From Octopus sinensis (taxonomy: Eukaryota), in the NCBI RefSeq assembly GCF_006345805.1, contig NC_043013.1:42160001-42224000 (forward strand): 64,000 nucleotides of DNA, in the 5' to 3' direction. This document shows, piece after piece, positions 12,600 to 25,347 of this stretch. The first letter of the stretch is position 1. Every line of letters starts with the position of its first letter. Below the pieces are notes generated by a model. The model did not search any database and was not told where the DNA came from. It saw nothing but the letters and a program-made list of their open reading frames with translations. The position numbers and the translations under genes are program-made.

Positions 12600-13460
12600 A
12601 TTCTTAGACAGACACAGAGCTGACCTTGCAGCAAAAAGGAAAGTCCGCCATTACTTTCAATCAAAACTTCCGTCTTTCCAACCCACTTCCGGTGAACCTA
12701 TATAAATAATCACCTCGTGTGCTTCTCTTTCATTCACCCTTTCTTGACCACACAGCGATGATCATAGCAAGCAAGCTAAGAATTCTCATTTCATTTCTTC
12801 CGACTCTTGTACTGCACACATACATTTGCCGCTAACCCTTAAATGTTCGAATCTATTCACTAATTCTGCTTGTTCTTAAAATATAACCCTTTAATTTGTT
12901 TAACCCCTCGGTACCACTCTGTTCATTTCTTCAAACCCCGATTGTTTAAGTCTTTATCACTACTGTCCCCAATCAAAATCTTCGCAGCCCGCCATTCGTG
13001 GTTCGCCCGCCCTCCCACCCCCACCACCCATACCGGAGAACACTCTGTTTACACCATCCTCACCGGATATCCCCTCTACCACCGCCACCACTACGTGTGT
13101 CTGTTCCTCCTACCCCTCCTCCTCAATATACTTTCTCACTATGTATTTTACCCCTGCCTCTCTCCCCCTGGACAGAAGCAGCTAGCGCCGCAGCTCATCA
13201 AACGTCCCACTTAACCTGTTATCTTATGTTCCTCCTGTTTTGAAATGTGTCACTGCCTCAACCGGCTATCTCCTTCGAGCCCCCTCCCCCACTCGTGATA
13301 TCCTACGTTTTACTTCCTACTTTTCATTCTGTCTAGAACCTGCCACCAACCCTACCTGTCATCGTTTCTCTTTACCCCAAACCTTCCCCACTGGTGCTCC
13401 CCTATATTACATGCACCGCCCCCACTCTCTCTCCCTCTCTCCTCTCTGCCGGAACCCTCC
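12600..13460. mobile_element. Unclassified, relatively GC/CpG-rich interspersed element
   Basis: Sharp compositional contrast with the flanks, CpG retained, ctatataaat box at ~12698, C-rich body. ORFs are not recognisable. Confidence 0.35.
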
Positions 13461-13724
13461 CCCCTGCCGCAATGCAACGAAAAAAGGCAATAACCGATCG
13501 TGGCCGATGCCAGACCCCTCTGGCACCTGTGCAGGTGGCACGTAAAAAGCACCCACTACACTCGCGGAGTGGTTGGCGTTAGGAAGGGCATCCAGCTGTA
13601 GAAACACTGCCAGATCAGACTGGAGCCTGGGGCAGCCCCTGGCTCCCCAGACCCCGGTCAAACCGTCCAACTCGTGCTAGCGCGGAAAACGGACGTTAAA
13701 CGATGATGATGATGATGATGAAAC

Positions 13725-13890
13725 ATAACTGTGTGGTAAAATACTTGTTTCCCAACCACATGCTTCCAAGTTCGGTCCCACTGTGTGGCACCTTGGGCAA
13801 GAGTCTTCTACTATAGATTCAGCCAATCAGAGCCTTGTGAGTGGATTTGGTAGACAGAAACTGAAAAGAAGCCCATCATGTGTGTGTGTG

Positions 13891-13930
<40 letters not shown>

Positions 13931-14400
13931 AAATGTATGTATCTGTGTTTGTCCCCCATCACTGCTTAACAACCAGTGTTGGTGTGTTTACATTCCCATA
14001 ACTTAGCAGTTGATAGACCAGTAGAATAAGAAGGTAGCAAGCTGGCAGAAACGTTAGCACGTCGGGCAAAATGCTTAGAAGTATTTTGTCTGCGGTCACG
14101 TTCTGAGTTCAAATTCCACTGAGGTCGACCTTGCCTTTCATCTTTTCAGGGTCGATTAAATAAGTACCAGTTACACACTGGGGTCGATATAATCGACTTA
14201 ATCCGTTTGTCTGTCCTTGTTTGTCCTCTCTGCGTGTAGCCCCTTGTGGGCAGTAAAGAAATAAGAATAAGTACTAGGCTTTAAAAAAAGATTCCTGGGA
14301 TCAATTTATTCAACTAAAATCTTACAAGCATGGCCTCAGTCAAATGACTGAATCAAGAAAAAGATGGAAAAGAAGTAAAAGAAACAATTGATTAGTTAGT
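13725..14400 (+). mobile_element. Family-A SINE interrupted by a family-C SINE (14031-14263) with 8-bp TSD agaataag
   Basis: The A body breaks after gtagaataag (14030) and resumes at agaataagtactaggct (14264). The insert has the C head gctggcagaaacgttagcac...gttctgagttcaaattcc. Confidence 0.8.
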
Positions 14401-15300
14401 TGGTTAGATATTTAACCATTTCACTAACAATAAAGTGATATTGAACCTGTGTTGTTAGTGTTGGTGTAATGCTCCTCCCAAGACACTACAATAATCATAA
14501 ACATTTTATCCTTTTTCCAAGCCCAATCTAGGTGTAACTATGGCATCCAATGTGACACTTTTTCCTTACTAAAATACCAAGAGTGTAATTTCAAAAGGAT
14601 TTGGCTGCTATTTCATGCAAGCACGACAATCTCATAGATAGCCTCCCACTTCCTCATTCACGTTGTTGTTGTTGTTGTTGTGGTGGTGGTGGTGGATTAG
14701 GAGGAGGAAAACTATATTTGTCCAATTGTCTAATTCTATTTCCAAGAGAGAGAGAGAAGTGAGTGGAATTAACTCTAATAAAATAAATAATTATACTCAA
14801 ATTTCAATTCTTTCTATTTTATCAAAGAGGTTTTCCTGTGACCTTGTCCTAAATTTACAGACAATTATATTATTCCAGTATTACATTTTTAGCGTTTTTT
14901 TTTCCCCTTGCTTTCATTTTATTTATTTGTTTTTTGATAGTGTGTGTGTTCATTTAACTTTTTGCCTTGAGTATTTTTTATATGATTTTTAAAAAAATAC
15001 ATTTTAATATAATTTTATTATAACAAAATAATCTAATATAATTTCTGATAATATAAATAAAAGCCAAAGTGAACTACACCCAGTGTATGTGTGTGTGTGT
15101 TCATTGACAGTATGACCCTCCCAGAGTGTAACTGTATCAGTTTCAACACTACTTCACGTCTAGATTATTGCAAAACAAATTCAAAAATGTCTGTTTATTC
15201 ATCTGCTTATTTTCTTGTTGATAATCTTAAGTAAAAATATCTTACAGTTTGATGTAAAACATATTGTCTTTGGGATATAATCTTCAACATACAGTCTCAC

Positions 15301-15388
15301 CTCATCTAGAATAGCTTGATGTTAGTACACCTTCAGAGTCCATTAGAGTTAGAGATACTCCCCTGAGTATATTAGAGTACAAGGTAGT
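15301..15388 (-). other. Candidate non-coding exon (88 nt)
   Basis: Strong acceptor tttctctctttctcag| and donor gag|gtgaga; stops in all three frames. Confidence 0.45.
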
Positions 15389-15652
15389 CTGAGAAAGAGA
15401 GAAACCAGACCATGATTTAGTGTCAGTTTCTCAATTTTTTTTTTTTTTTACACATCTGTTTGCATTGCTGAAACCCTTTTTATTTTATTATTCTTTTATT
15501 CTGGTGGACCCCCATAGCCATATGATGTTTAAATAGTAGTTTTATAGGAACTTCCTTAAAAATTCTTATTTTGATTTTCACACATTAACTTGTCGAGGCT
15601 GAATCATGTAAAATGTTAGAGAAAGAAACCAGCTGTTTCTTGCAATACATAC

Positions 15653-15976
15653 TGTTATGGGAGAGTCCTGACCACCCCCATGTGACTGAAGGTGGCACTA
15701 ACCGATTGTAATAAATAAGAACTGAGTGAACTGTCAAGGGGGTAGTTGATGGTGTTAGTTCCACCGTGTTGGTTAACCATGTTGGTTCGACGTGTGTTGG
15801 TTTAACAGTTGATAGTTGAACAGTGAATGCTGAGTATCGTACCTGTGTTCATGTAGTACAGAGTGTATTCTGTGTTAACATGTAGTTCTGTGGTAGATTA
15901 TTTTTAGATAACCACAAGCAGCTATTTATTTGTGTAATGCTATTTTACACCAAACTTATATACCCACATCATAACA
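15653..15976. mobile_element. Solo LTR (324 bp), BEL/Pao- or copia-like
   Basis: Termini TGTTATG...CATAACA (7-bp inverted repeat, TG..CA); identical 5-bp flanks CATAC at 15648-15652 and 15977-15981; AATAAA at 15710 (+) and 15925 (-). Confidence 0.8.
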
Positions 15977-15989
15977 CATACCTATACAC

Positions 15990-16261
15990 ACTGCTAATGC
16001 AAAATATTTTCAGGGGCCTTTAAAATGCTATTGTGGACACCCTCACCCCCAATCTTATATGGACCCCAGTTAAAAACCACGTGCTTATTTTGCCTAATGG
16101 AAACCTAGTTGTTTCTTGAAATACATACCAATACATACATCTAAAGCAGAAGTTTTTCAGAGGCCCTTAAAATACTGTTGTGGATCCCCAGTTTACTATT
16201 TTGTTATGTGACCCCTGCCAAAAAAATAAAATCTTATATGGACCCTGGTTGAGAACCACTG
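15990..16261. mobile_element. Two degenerate hAT (Charlie-like) MITE remnants
   Basis: Right end ccctggttgagaaccactg is the reverse complement of cagtggttctcaacc; similar ends at ~16070-16082; shared internal ggcccttaaaat..tgtgga. Confidence 0.55.
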
Positions 16262-16629
16262 TATTATTATTTTGCCAGTTTCAATCATTGGGTTATGACC
16301 ATGCTGGGGCATTAATTTGCAGAATTTTTTTAGTTGATCATATTCTTTTCTACTCTAGGGACAAGACCCGAAACTTTGAGGGAGGAGGCCAGTCAATTAG
16401 ATTGACCCCAGTATGCAACTGGTACTTTATTTATTGACCTCGAAAGGACGAAAGGCAAAGTCGACCTCAGTGAAATTTGAACTCAGAACGTAAAGACAGA
16501 TGAAATACCGCTAAGCATTTTGCCTAGCGAGCTAACGAATTCTGCCAGATCGCTCCCTTGTTTTTTAATTGATCATATTAACCGCAGCATTTATTTGAAT
16601 GTCTGAGACTTCTTTTCTTCATTTCTTTG

Positions 16630-16800
16630 ACTTCATGTGGAGTGTAGGGTGCCAACAGGTGATCTCTATTTGTCATGATCTTTGACAACAGATTGCAGTT
16701 GTCTCCATTGGTAGCTACCTGCCAGTGCTTCAGTTTCTATGGTCCGTCTCCACGTTGGTTTCGGTCTGCTTTCCATTTGCCAAACTGCTAGATTACATGA
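16630..16800 (-). mobile_element. RTE-clade LINE ORF C-terminal fragment
   Basis: Minus translation WQMESRPKPTWRRTIETEALAGSYQWRQLQSVVKDHDK* matches the RTE 'GRPK.TWRRT....L...W......DR..W' terminus. Confidence 0.7.
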
Positions 16801-17338
16801 CATAAAAAACAGAAAACCATGTCTGAAGTAGTTTAACATAAAGACACACAACATGAGACAAACATGCAAGCAACCATGCCCATAATCACACATACACACA
16901 CTTACACACTGTGGGTCTGGGTGCGTTTATATCAAGTAGAGGATTTTCTGTTAAGACTCCTTCAATTATAAAATTAAATTAAATTGAATTAAATACTTTA
17001 CAAATCTGAATCCCATGACTGTCATAATCCCGATGACTTTGTTAGCCATAACACCAAGACACACCATGCAAACTTTATCTACTCATATGAGTGCTTTTAA
17101 AGTGTTGCTACACAAGGTACTTAGCTATCTTTTCTCTCACTTGAGAGCTTTCTCTCTATTTTTATACTTCCTTAATCTTTGGTTTCAGAAAAATTACATC
17201 CTGTTTCATTTTTTACTTATTAGGTCTGATCTTACAATGTGGAATGTTGGATGCATGCCTTTAGCCTTAGGTCCACAAAAGTTTTATGTTAGAATTATGG
17301 AAACTATGGAAGAATGTTGTTTTTTATATGCATACATA

Positions 17339-17706
17339 GGCGCAGGAGTGGCTGTGTGGTAAGTAGCTTGCTTACCAACCACATGGTTCCGAGTTCAGTC
17401 CCACTGCATGGCACCTTGGGCAAGTGTCTTCTACTATAGCCTCGGGCCGACCAAAGCCTTGTGAGTGGATTTGGTAGATGTATATATATATATGTATGTG
17501 TATATGTTTGTGTGTCTGTGTTTGTGCCCCCAACATCGCTTGACAACCGATGCTGGTGTGTTTACGTCCCTGTAACTTAACGGTTCGGCAAAAGAGACTG
17601 ATAGAATAAGTACTAGGCTTATAAAGAATAAGTCTTGGGGTTGATTTACTCAACTAAAAGATGGTGCTCCAGCATGGCCACAGTCAAATGACTGAAACAA
17701 GTAAAA
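17339..17706 (+). mobile_element. Full-length tRNA-derived SINE, family A
   Basis: ggcgcaggagtggctgtgtggt (A box) ... ggttccgagttcagtccc (B box) ... internal TA/TG run ... gtcaaatgactgaaacaagtaaaa tail. Other copies at 17742-17957, 34095-34470, 40073-40455, 48345-48995, 56488-56943, 59176-59540, 60850-61205 (+) and 22375-22845, 29937-30120 (-). Confidence 0.85.
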
Positions 17707-18019
17707 AAGTATACTTATATACATACATACAAACATATATAGGCACAGGTGTGATTGTGTGGTAAGAAACTTGCTTGGCAACCACACGGTTCTGGATTCA
17801 GTCCCACTGCATTGCACCTTGGGCAAATGTTTCCTACTATAGTCTTAGCCCAACCAAAGCCTTGTGAGTGGATTTGTATACAGAAACTGAAAAGAAGCCC
17901 TATGTGTGTGTGTGTGTGTCTGTCTTTGTCCCCCACCACTACCTGACAACTGGTGTAAAATTTTTCCTATGTACAGAGACTTTTGAATATATAAATAAAT
18001 GCAATATATATATATTTGT

Positions 18020-18330
18020 TAAGGTGCATGGTTCAGTGGTTTAGAGCATTGGGCTTACAATCATGAGGTAGTGAGTTCAATTCTTGGACCAGGCTCTGTT
18101 TTGTATTCTTGAGCAAGACACTTTATTTCACTTTGCTCCAGTTCTCTCAGCTGTAGAAATGAGTTGCAACATCACTGGTGCCAAGCTGTATCAGCCTTTG
18201 CCTTTCCCTTGGATAACATCGATGGCGTGGAGAATAGAGGCTGGTATCCATGAATGACTTCTGGTTTTCTATATACAACTTTGCCTAGACTTGTGCCTTG
18301 GAAGGGAACTTTCTAGGTGCAATCCCATTA
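18020..18330 (+). mobile_element. tRNA-derived SINE, family D
   Basis: ggtgcatggttcagtggtttagagc...gtgagttcaattc...cttgagcaagacactttatttcac head. Related copies at 9000-9140, 31745-32010, 34540-34860 (-), 48640-48850 (-), 62420-62650 and 63320-63600. Confidence 0.75.
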
Positions 18331-18795
18331 TTGGTGGTGGTAGTTGTAGTATTAATAGTAGTGGTAGTTGTTATTTACTCTCATGTCAGGTCAGCTCTCT
18401 TAGATGTAGACTTATCATCAAAGGTATTCCATCTGTGGCCATCTCTGATTTTTCCTACAAGTAGAGAACTCAGAAATACATTGTCCAGTGTGTGTGTGTG
18501 TGTGTTTGAAATGTTAAGACTGTTGGGTGTTATTTGAGGGAGATTTGACTGCTATTTCTAAAGATTGAATAGCTACATGGTCAGAATAACAATTAGAAAA
18601 TGAAAAAAAGTGCACACGTGTGTGTATGTATCTGTGTGTGAGAGAGAGAAAGAGAGTGTGTGTGTGCGTGTGTGTCGAAGAGTGAGAAAGTTAGTTATAA
18701 TTAAGCAAAGAAAATAAACTTAATAAAGAAATGAGATAGAAATGTTGTGTGTGTATGTGTAAGAGAATGAGTGAGAATGTGTGAGTAAATGTGTG

Positions 18796-18828
<33 letters not shown>

Positions 18829-19722
18829 AAAAGAGAAACGTGGTGTAGTTTTTGCATATGTATTCCAATAAAAAGTGATGTGTGAAGTGTATTTCTCTGT
18901 TTATGTCTGTTTATATATGTGTATGTGTGTATGTCCTTGTATGGGTGTGCATGTGTAAAGTGTATGACTGTGTGTCAGTGTGTCTGAGTACCAATTCTGC
19001 TAATTTCAATTTCCCAAACTCGTTAACCCAAAAATAATCAACTGTTCATTTTTACAAATTTCATCAATAAAATATTGCTTACCAAACTAGATGGCGTTGT
19101 TGTTGTTGTCGTTGTTGCAACAGTTGTTGTAGTCGTATAGCGGTTGCTATATGGGTATTTGTTGTATTTGTTATAGTTTGAGGGGAAGGGAGAGGGGGAA
19201 GAAGCAATTGATGTAGTGGTTGCTTTTGTTATGTTTATTGTTATTATTGGTGTTGGTGGTGGAGGTCGTGGTAGGAGGGGATTAATTTGATGTAGTGATT
19301 CCTTTTGTCATATCAGTAATTTTTGTTGTTGTTGTTGTTACCAACAATTTTGTTGTTGTTATAACCATTAATAGCTGTCATTGTCGTTATGGTCGTTGTT
19401 GTAATTGTTGTCATCGTTATGGCTGTTGTTGTTGTTTTTTGCATGAGGTAGGGGTGGATTTGTAAGTGTTGGGGGTTACGAAGCTTTTCATTAATTCCAT
19501 TTCAGCTTTTGAAATAAATTAAAATACTTTGCCAAAGCCGTCACATTTACGACTTTTTTTTTAATATCTTTACAATGGTTTTTTTTTTCATCTTTTATTA
19601 TATTACATTTATTCCTGTTTTTTTTTTTATAAAAAAAAAGTTATATTAATATTATTTTGTCTTTTTATTTAATTCCTACATACATATGCACACATATATA
19701 TTATGTGTCTGTGTGTGTGCAT

Positions 19723-19723
<1 letters not shown>

Positions 19724-19779
<56 letters not shown>

Positions 19780-19892
19780 ATGGTAGATATAGATAGATAG
19801 ATAGAATGGTGGATAGATAGATGGATGGATAGATAGATAGAATGGTAGATAGATAGATGGATGGATAGATAGATAGAATGGTAGATAGATAG

Positions 19893-19965
<73 letters not shown>
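19724..19965. repeat. (TAGA)n / (CA)n / (TA)n compound microsatellite
   Basis: Direct observation. A similar (TAGA/TAGG)n tract lies at 28940-29245. Confidence 0.95.
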
Positions 19966-20299
19966 CATGAATACACACATATATTGTATTATTTTGTTTT
20001 ATTTTATTTTTATATGAAAGATTAATGAGCTGTGAAGAACCCCAATCAATTTATTTAAGTTGGTATCAATTTGAATAGTCAACCTTTCCAACTGTTGTCT
20101 AATCTATGAAATGGGACATTAGTAATGGGACATGATCATCATCACAGAGATATCAGCAATGCTATCATAAATATTAGAGCAAACCATTAAACAAGCAATA
20201 GTTCTTTTATATTTTAATTAATTGATTTCATTTTTTTCTTTGTTTTTTTTTTTAAAAATGATCTACTATAACAGCTCCAGATTATCTGATGATATCAAC

Positions 20300-20690
20300 T
20301 GCTTAATCGTAATCTGTAGTACATTTGTATGGTATGGTAATAGAGTAATATCGATTGGATAGGCGTAGCGTATCGATATCGACTGTATAGATACAACCTA
20401 TTTGATATCGACTGTATAAATCACATGCTGCTGTTGTTATTGACAAAAAGATACGGCATTGTGATATTGACTGGAGAGAGACGTAGCATATTAATATCGT
20501 CTGTGTGGACATGGTATTTTGATATCAGCTGTGTAAACGCAGTGTATTGATATCGACTGCGTAGACATGGCATATTAATATCGACTGTACGATCATTATT
20601 CGGTAATATTGACTGTATAGATATATATGATATTGATATTGAATAGATATTGATACTGTTATCAATATACAGTCTGGTAATTCAATAATA
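20300..20690. repeat. Degenerate ~28-30 bp minisatellite (gatatcgactgtatag core)
   Basis: ttgatatcgactg(t/c)(a/g)ta recurs about ten times. Confidence 0.7.
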
Positions 20691-20789
20691 TTGTACGTTG
20701 CAATCAGAAACGAAATGAACAGTAGAAATATGTGTAAAAAATCATCAGAGATGGAGAACTTCAAATGGTTTGAAAAATAATTCCACACT

Positions 20790-21250
20790 GGTATCCTACC
20801 TAAAACAGTTCCAAAACGGTGGATCTACCAAAAACAGCTCTTCAATTTTGGTTCTACCAAAACGGCTTCACAAAGCTGGTTCTGCCAAAAACAGATCCAC
20901 TATGATGGTTCTACAAAAAACAGCACACGGTGAGGTTTTCACTAGCAAACAGGCTCCACTGGTAGTTTTTCCATAAAACAGCTTCCTAATGGTGTCTTAC
21001 CGAAAGACAACTCCGCAATGATAGTTCCACCAGAAAATAGCTCCACTATGATAGTTTTACCAGAAAATAGCTCCGCAATGGCATTTTCACTGGAAAATAT
21101 TTCCACAATGGTGATTTTTACAAAAAATTAGGTCCACTATTGTATTTCCCCCAAAAGAATCTCCACAGTACTGGTTTTGATAGAAAACAATTCTGCAATG
21201 GTGTTTCTAATGGTACCACAACAATAATGGTCCCTACTAGAAAACAGCCA
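20790..21250. repeat. Degenerate ~30 bp minisatellite (ggttctaccaaaaacagctccactatgat core)
   Basis: About 15 units, e.g. atagttccaccagaaaatagctccactatg / atagttttaccagaaaatagctccgcaatg. Confidence 0.75.
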
Positions 21251-21254
21251 AGAA

Positions 21255-21978
21255 CTTGAGAAATCTACAAGTGTGCATTGTTTATATAACACTTGGTCCC
21301 ATTTCTCAGTGGTATTTGAATTTTGGTAAAAGGAAAAAGTTGCAAGGGGCAAGTTCTGGGAAAAATGGTGGTTGTCAGACTTGGGTAACGTTGTGCTTGG
21401 CTAAACTCTTCTGCACAAGCAGCACTGAATGGGCAGGGGCATTGTCATGGTGGAATTGCCACTCACTGGATGCATGCAATTCTGTCCTTTTCTGACAAAC
21501 AGCATTCTTAAATGCTGCACCACTTCATGGTAGTGCTCCTTGTTTACTCTCTAACCAGGTGGAGCATACTCATAATGAACAATACCCTTGTTATCAAAGC
21601 AAACTGTCAACAGTGTCTTCACATTTCTTCAACTCATTAGACATCTTGTTGGCTATATTTGAAACATCTGAACCACTCGTTCTCCTCTTCATACACTTTC
21701 TGCAACTTTGCATAGGTCTTCTCTGTGCAGGTCTCACTAAGCTTTTGGCAAAATGCCATTCTCACTGATGGAACTGCCATGGTGTTCTGAGACAACCAGG
21801 CTCTACATACTTTTCTTCCAAGCATTGCTGTAAACAACGGAAGTGATCAAGAACATTATAACTTGTTGTGCATGCACAACAGAGTTCAATATCTGAGCCA
21901 AACAGCCTTACTCGGTGTCCTCTAGCTCCTCCATTAGCATAACGACAGTCCTGACACTTTTTGATCAGGTCTTGTATG
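21255..21978 (-). pseudogene. Decayed, internally deleted mariner transposon (transposase remnant plus 5' TIR)
   Basis: Minus translation WQFHHDNAPAHSVLLVQKSLAKHNVTQV*QPPFFPELAPCNFFLLPKFK (HHDNAPAH and PPYSPDLAP-like motifs); N-terminal HTH-like MAFCQKLSETCTEKTYAKLQKVYEEENEWFRCFK; TIR tacaagacctgatcaaaaagtgtcaggact ending in TA. Confidence 0.85.
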
Positions 21979-22139
21979 TTTCATTCCTGAGTCCAGATTT
22001 TGGTTGGTTCTGTATGAAAGTGTCTTTTAGGTTATTTACTTCTTATCATCGAAACCATACAGGGACAAATATATAGCTTGTAATTGGGCAAGAATTGGCA
22101 TAATTGCATCTATTTCAGAAACCTAGGATAAGTGAATTC

Positions 22140-22345
22140 AAGAATTTAAGAAAATATTACTCAAATGACTCTAGGTGATAATGGAATAGAGTGTGCTAGA
22201 GTGATAGCCATTCAGGAATTGTGGAAGATAAATGGCACTTCAGATTCTCTCAATGCTTTGCCTTATATATTAACACACAACTCAAAAAGTACAGAAACAT
22301 ACTATATTATTCATCAGAAAAGTCATCGTAGAGGAAACAACTAAG
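22140..22345 (+). pseudogene. Possible LINE AP-endonuclease fragment
   Basis: Frame MTLGDNGIECARVIAIQELW...YYIIHQKSHRRGNN resembles the 'IIAIQE.W ... R..RRGGG' motifs of LINE endonucleases. Confidence 0.35.
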
Positions 22346-22374
22346 AATGAAAAATGCACTCAATACATTCTCTT

Positions 22375-22845
22375 ATACTCTTTTATTTGTTTCAGTCATT
22401 TGACTGTGGCCATGCTGGAGCACTACCTTTTAGTCGAGCTAATCGACCCTAGGACTTATTCTTTGGAAGCCTAGTACTTATTCTATCAGTCTTTTTTGCT
22501 GAACCGCTAAGTTACAGGGACGTAAACACACCAGCATCGGTTGTCAAGCGATGTTGGGGGGGACAGAAACAGACACACATACATACATGTATATATATAC
22601 ATATACATATACGAAGGGCTTCTTTCAGTTTGCGTCTTCTAAATCCACAGACACACAAACATATACACACCCATACATATATACGATGGGATTCTTTCAG
22701 TCTCCGTCTATCAAACCCACTCACAAGGCTTTGGTCGGCCCGAGGCTATAGTAGAAGACTCTTGCCCAAGGTGCCACGCAGTGGGAATGAACCCGGAACA
22801 ATGTGGTTGGTAAGCAAGCTACTTTCCACACATCCACTCCTCCAC
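22375..22845 (-). mobile_element. Family-A SINE with an internal duplication
   Basis: Reverse complement of the family A consensus; the ttctttcagt..cgtct..aaa.cca segment occurs twice (22620 and 22692). Confidence 0.8.
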
Positions 22846-23916
22846 AAGTAATAATTAAAATTAAAAGACAATCAGAATCCTGACAGAAATTATTAAGCAG
22901 CACCTATCTGCTTAATAAAGATATCAAATAACAACAACAGCCAAAAAGTGGCCACTAGCTGTGGAATCTGTAATGATCTTATAAAAGGGTCAGTTTTATA
23001 AATTGAAATCGGGGCAGATAATTACCATAAGGAATCACAAAATGTATGTTGTTAAATGTAATGAAACTTACATTTTAATAATGGATTTAATTTTGAAGAA
23101 AAGAATAACTGTATCACTAACAAATTAGAAAAATACACTACCAGAAAAATACTCATTAGTAGATATTTGGACTAATACTCAGGAAACAAATTCCTAAGAT
23201 ATTAAGTCTATCCATTGTATGAACGTGCTATCTATACTCTCAATGAAATAAAGATGAATAAAGAAAGTACGTTTATTTAAAAATACAAATAACATCCAGC
23301 TGGAAGTTGCTGTGCAATGTCAAAATAACTCTTTTTGATAAAATATAATAAATGAAGATCATCATTTTTTGCTCTGCACTTCACATCATTACCACAAAAC
23401 TGGGAAAGTATAGAACATTAAGAGTTCAAGTGTATTTTCAACTTAGTGTTATCAAAATCTCTATTTGTGTGGAAGATGGTTTCTTTTCCTGTTCAAAGAA
23501 TGCATATGTTATTTTGTAACATAATCATAAGTGGCTGAAATGCTTTGTAAAGTAATAGGATAATTAAGAATATAATAAATCTACACTCTGCATATTACTT
23601 AGATTAAGTACTTTATTTGAATTGTGGATATACCAACGCATATATTTATGCTTATATCCTATATTTGTATGTGCATACACATACATACACAGACATTATA
23701 TATATATATATACATCATCATCATCATCATCGCTTAACGTCCGTTTTTAATGCTAGCATGGGTTGGACTATCCATATTTATATATATATCCATATATATG
23801 TATATATCCATATATATGTATTTATGTGTATATACCATCATACACAAGTGTATATGTTTGTATCGATATATGTGTATTTATGTATATATCTACACATACA
23901 CACACGCACACACACA

Positions 23917-25031
<1,115 letters not shown>

Positions 25032-25151
25032 CATATATATATATATATATATATATACATACATACATATAAATGTATGTATGTATGTATATATGTATGT
25101 ATGTATATATATGTATGTATGTATATATATATATATATATATATATTTATT

Positions 25152-25183
<32 letters not shown>

Positions 25184-25246
25184 ATACATACATATATACA
25201 TACATACATATATACATACATATTATATACATACATAGATATATAC

Positions 25247-25307
<61 letters not shown>

Positions 25308-25312
25308 CATAC

Positions 25313-25347
<35 letters not shown>

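Noticed and set aside
19083-19140. Minus-strand donor ttg|gtaagc after a Thr- or Gln-rich frame
   Set aside because: The upstream sequence is (CAA)n low complexity and the acceptor is poor.
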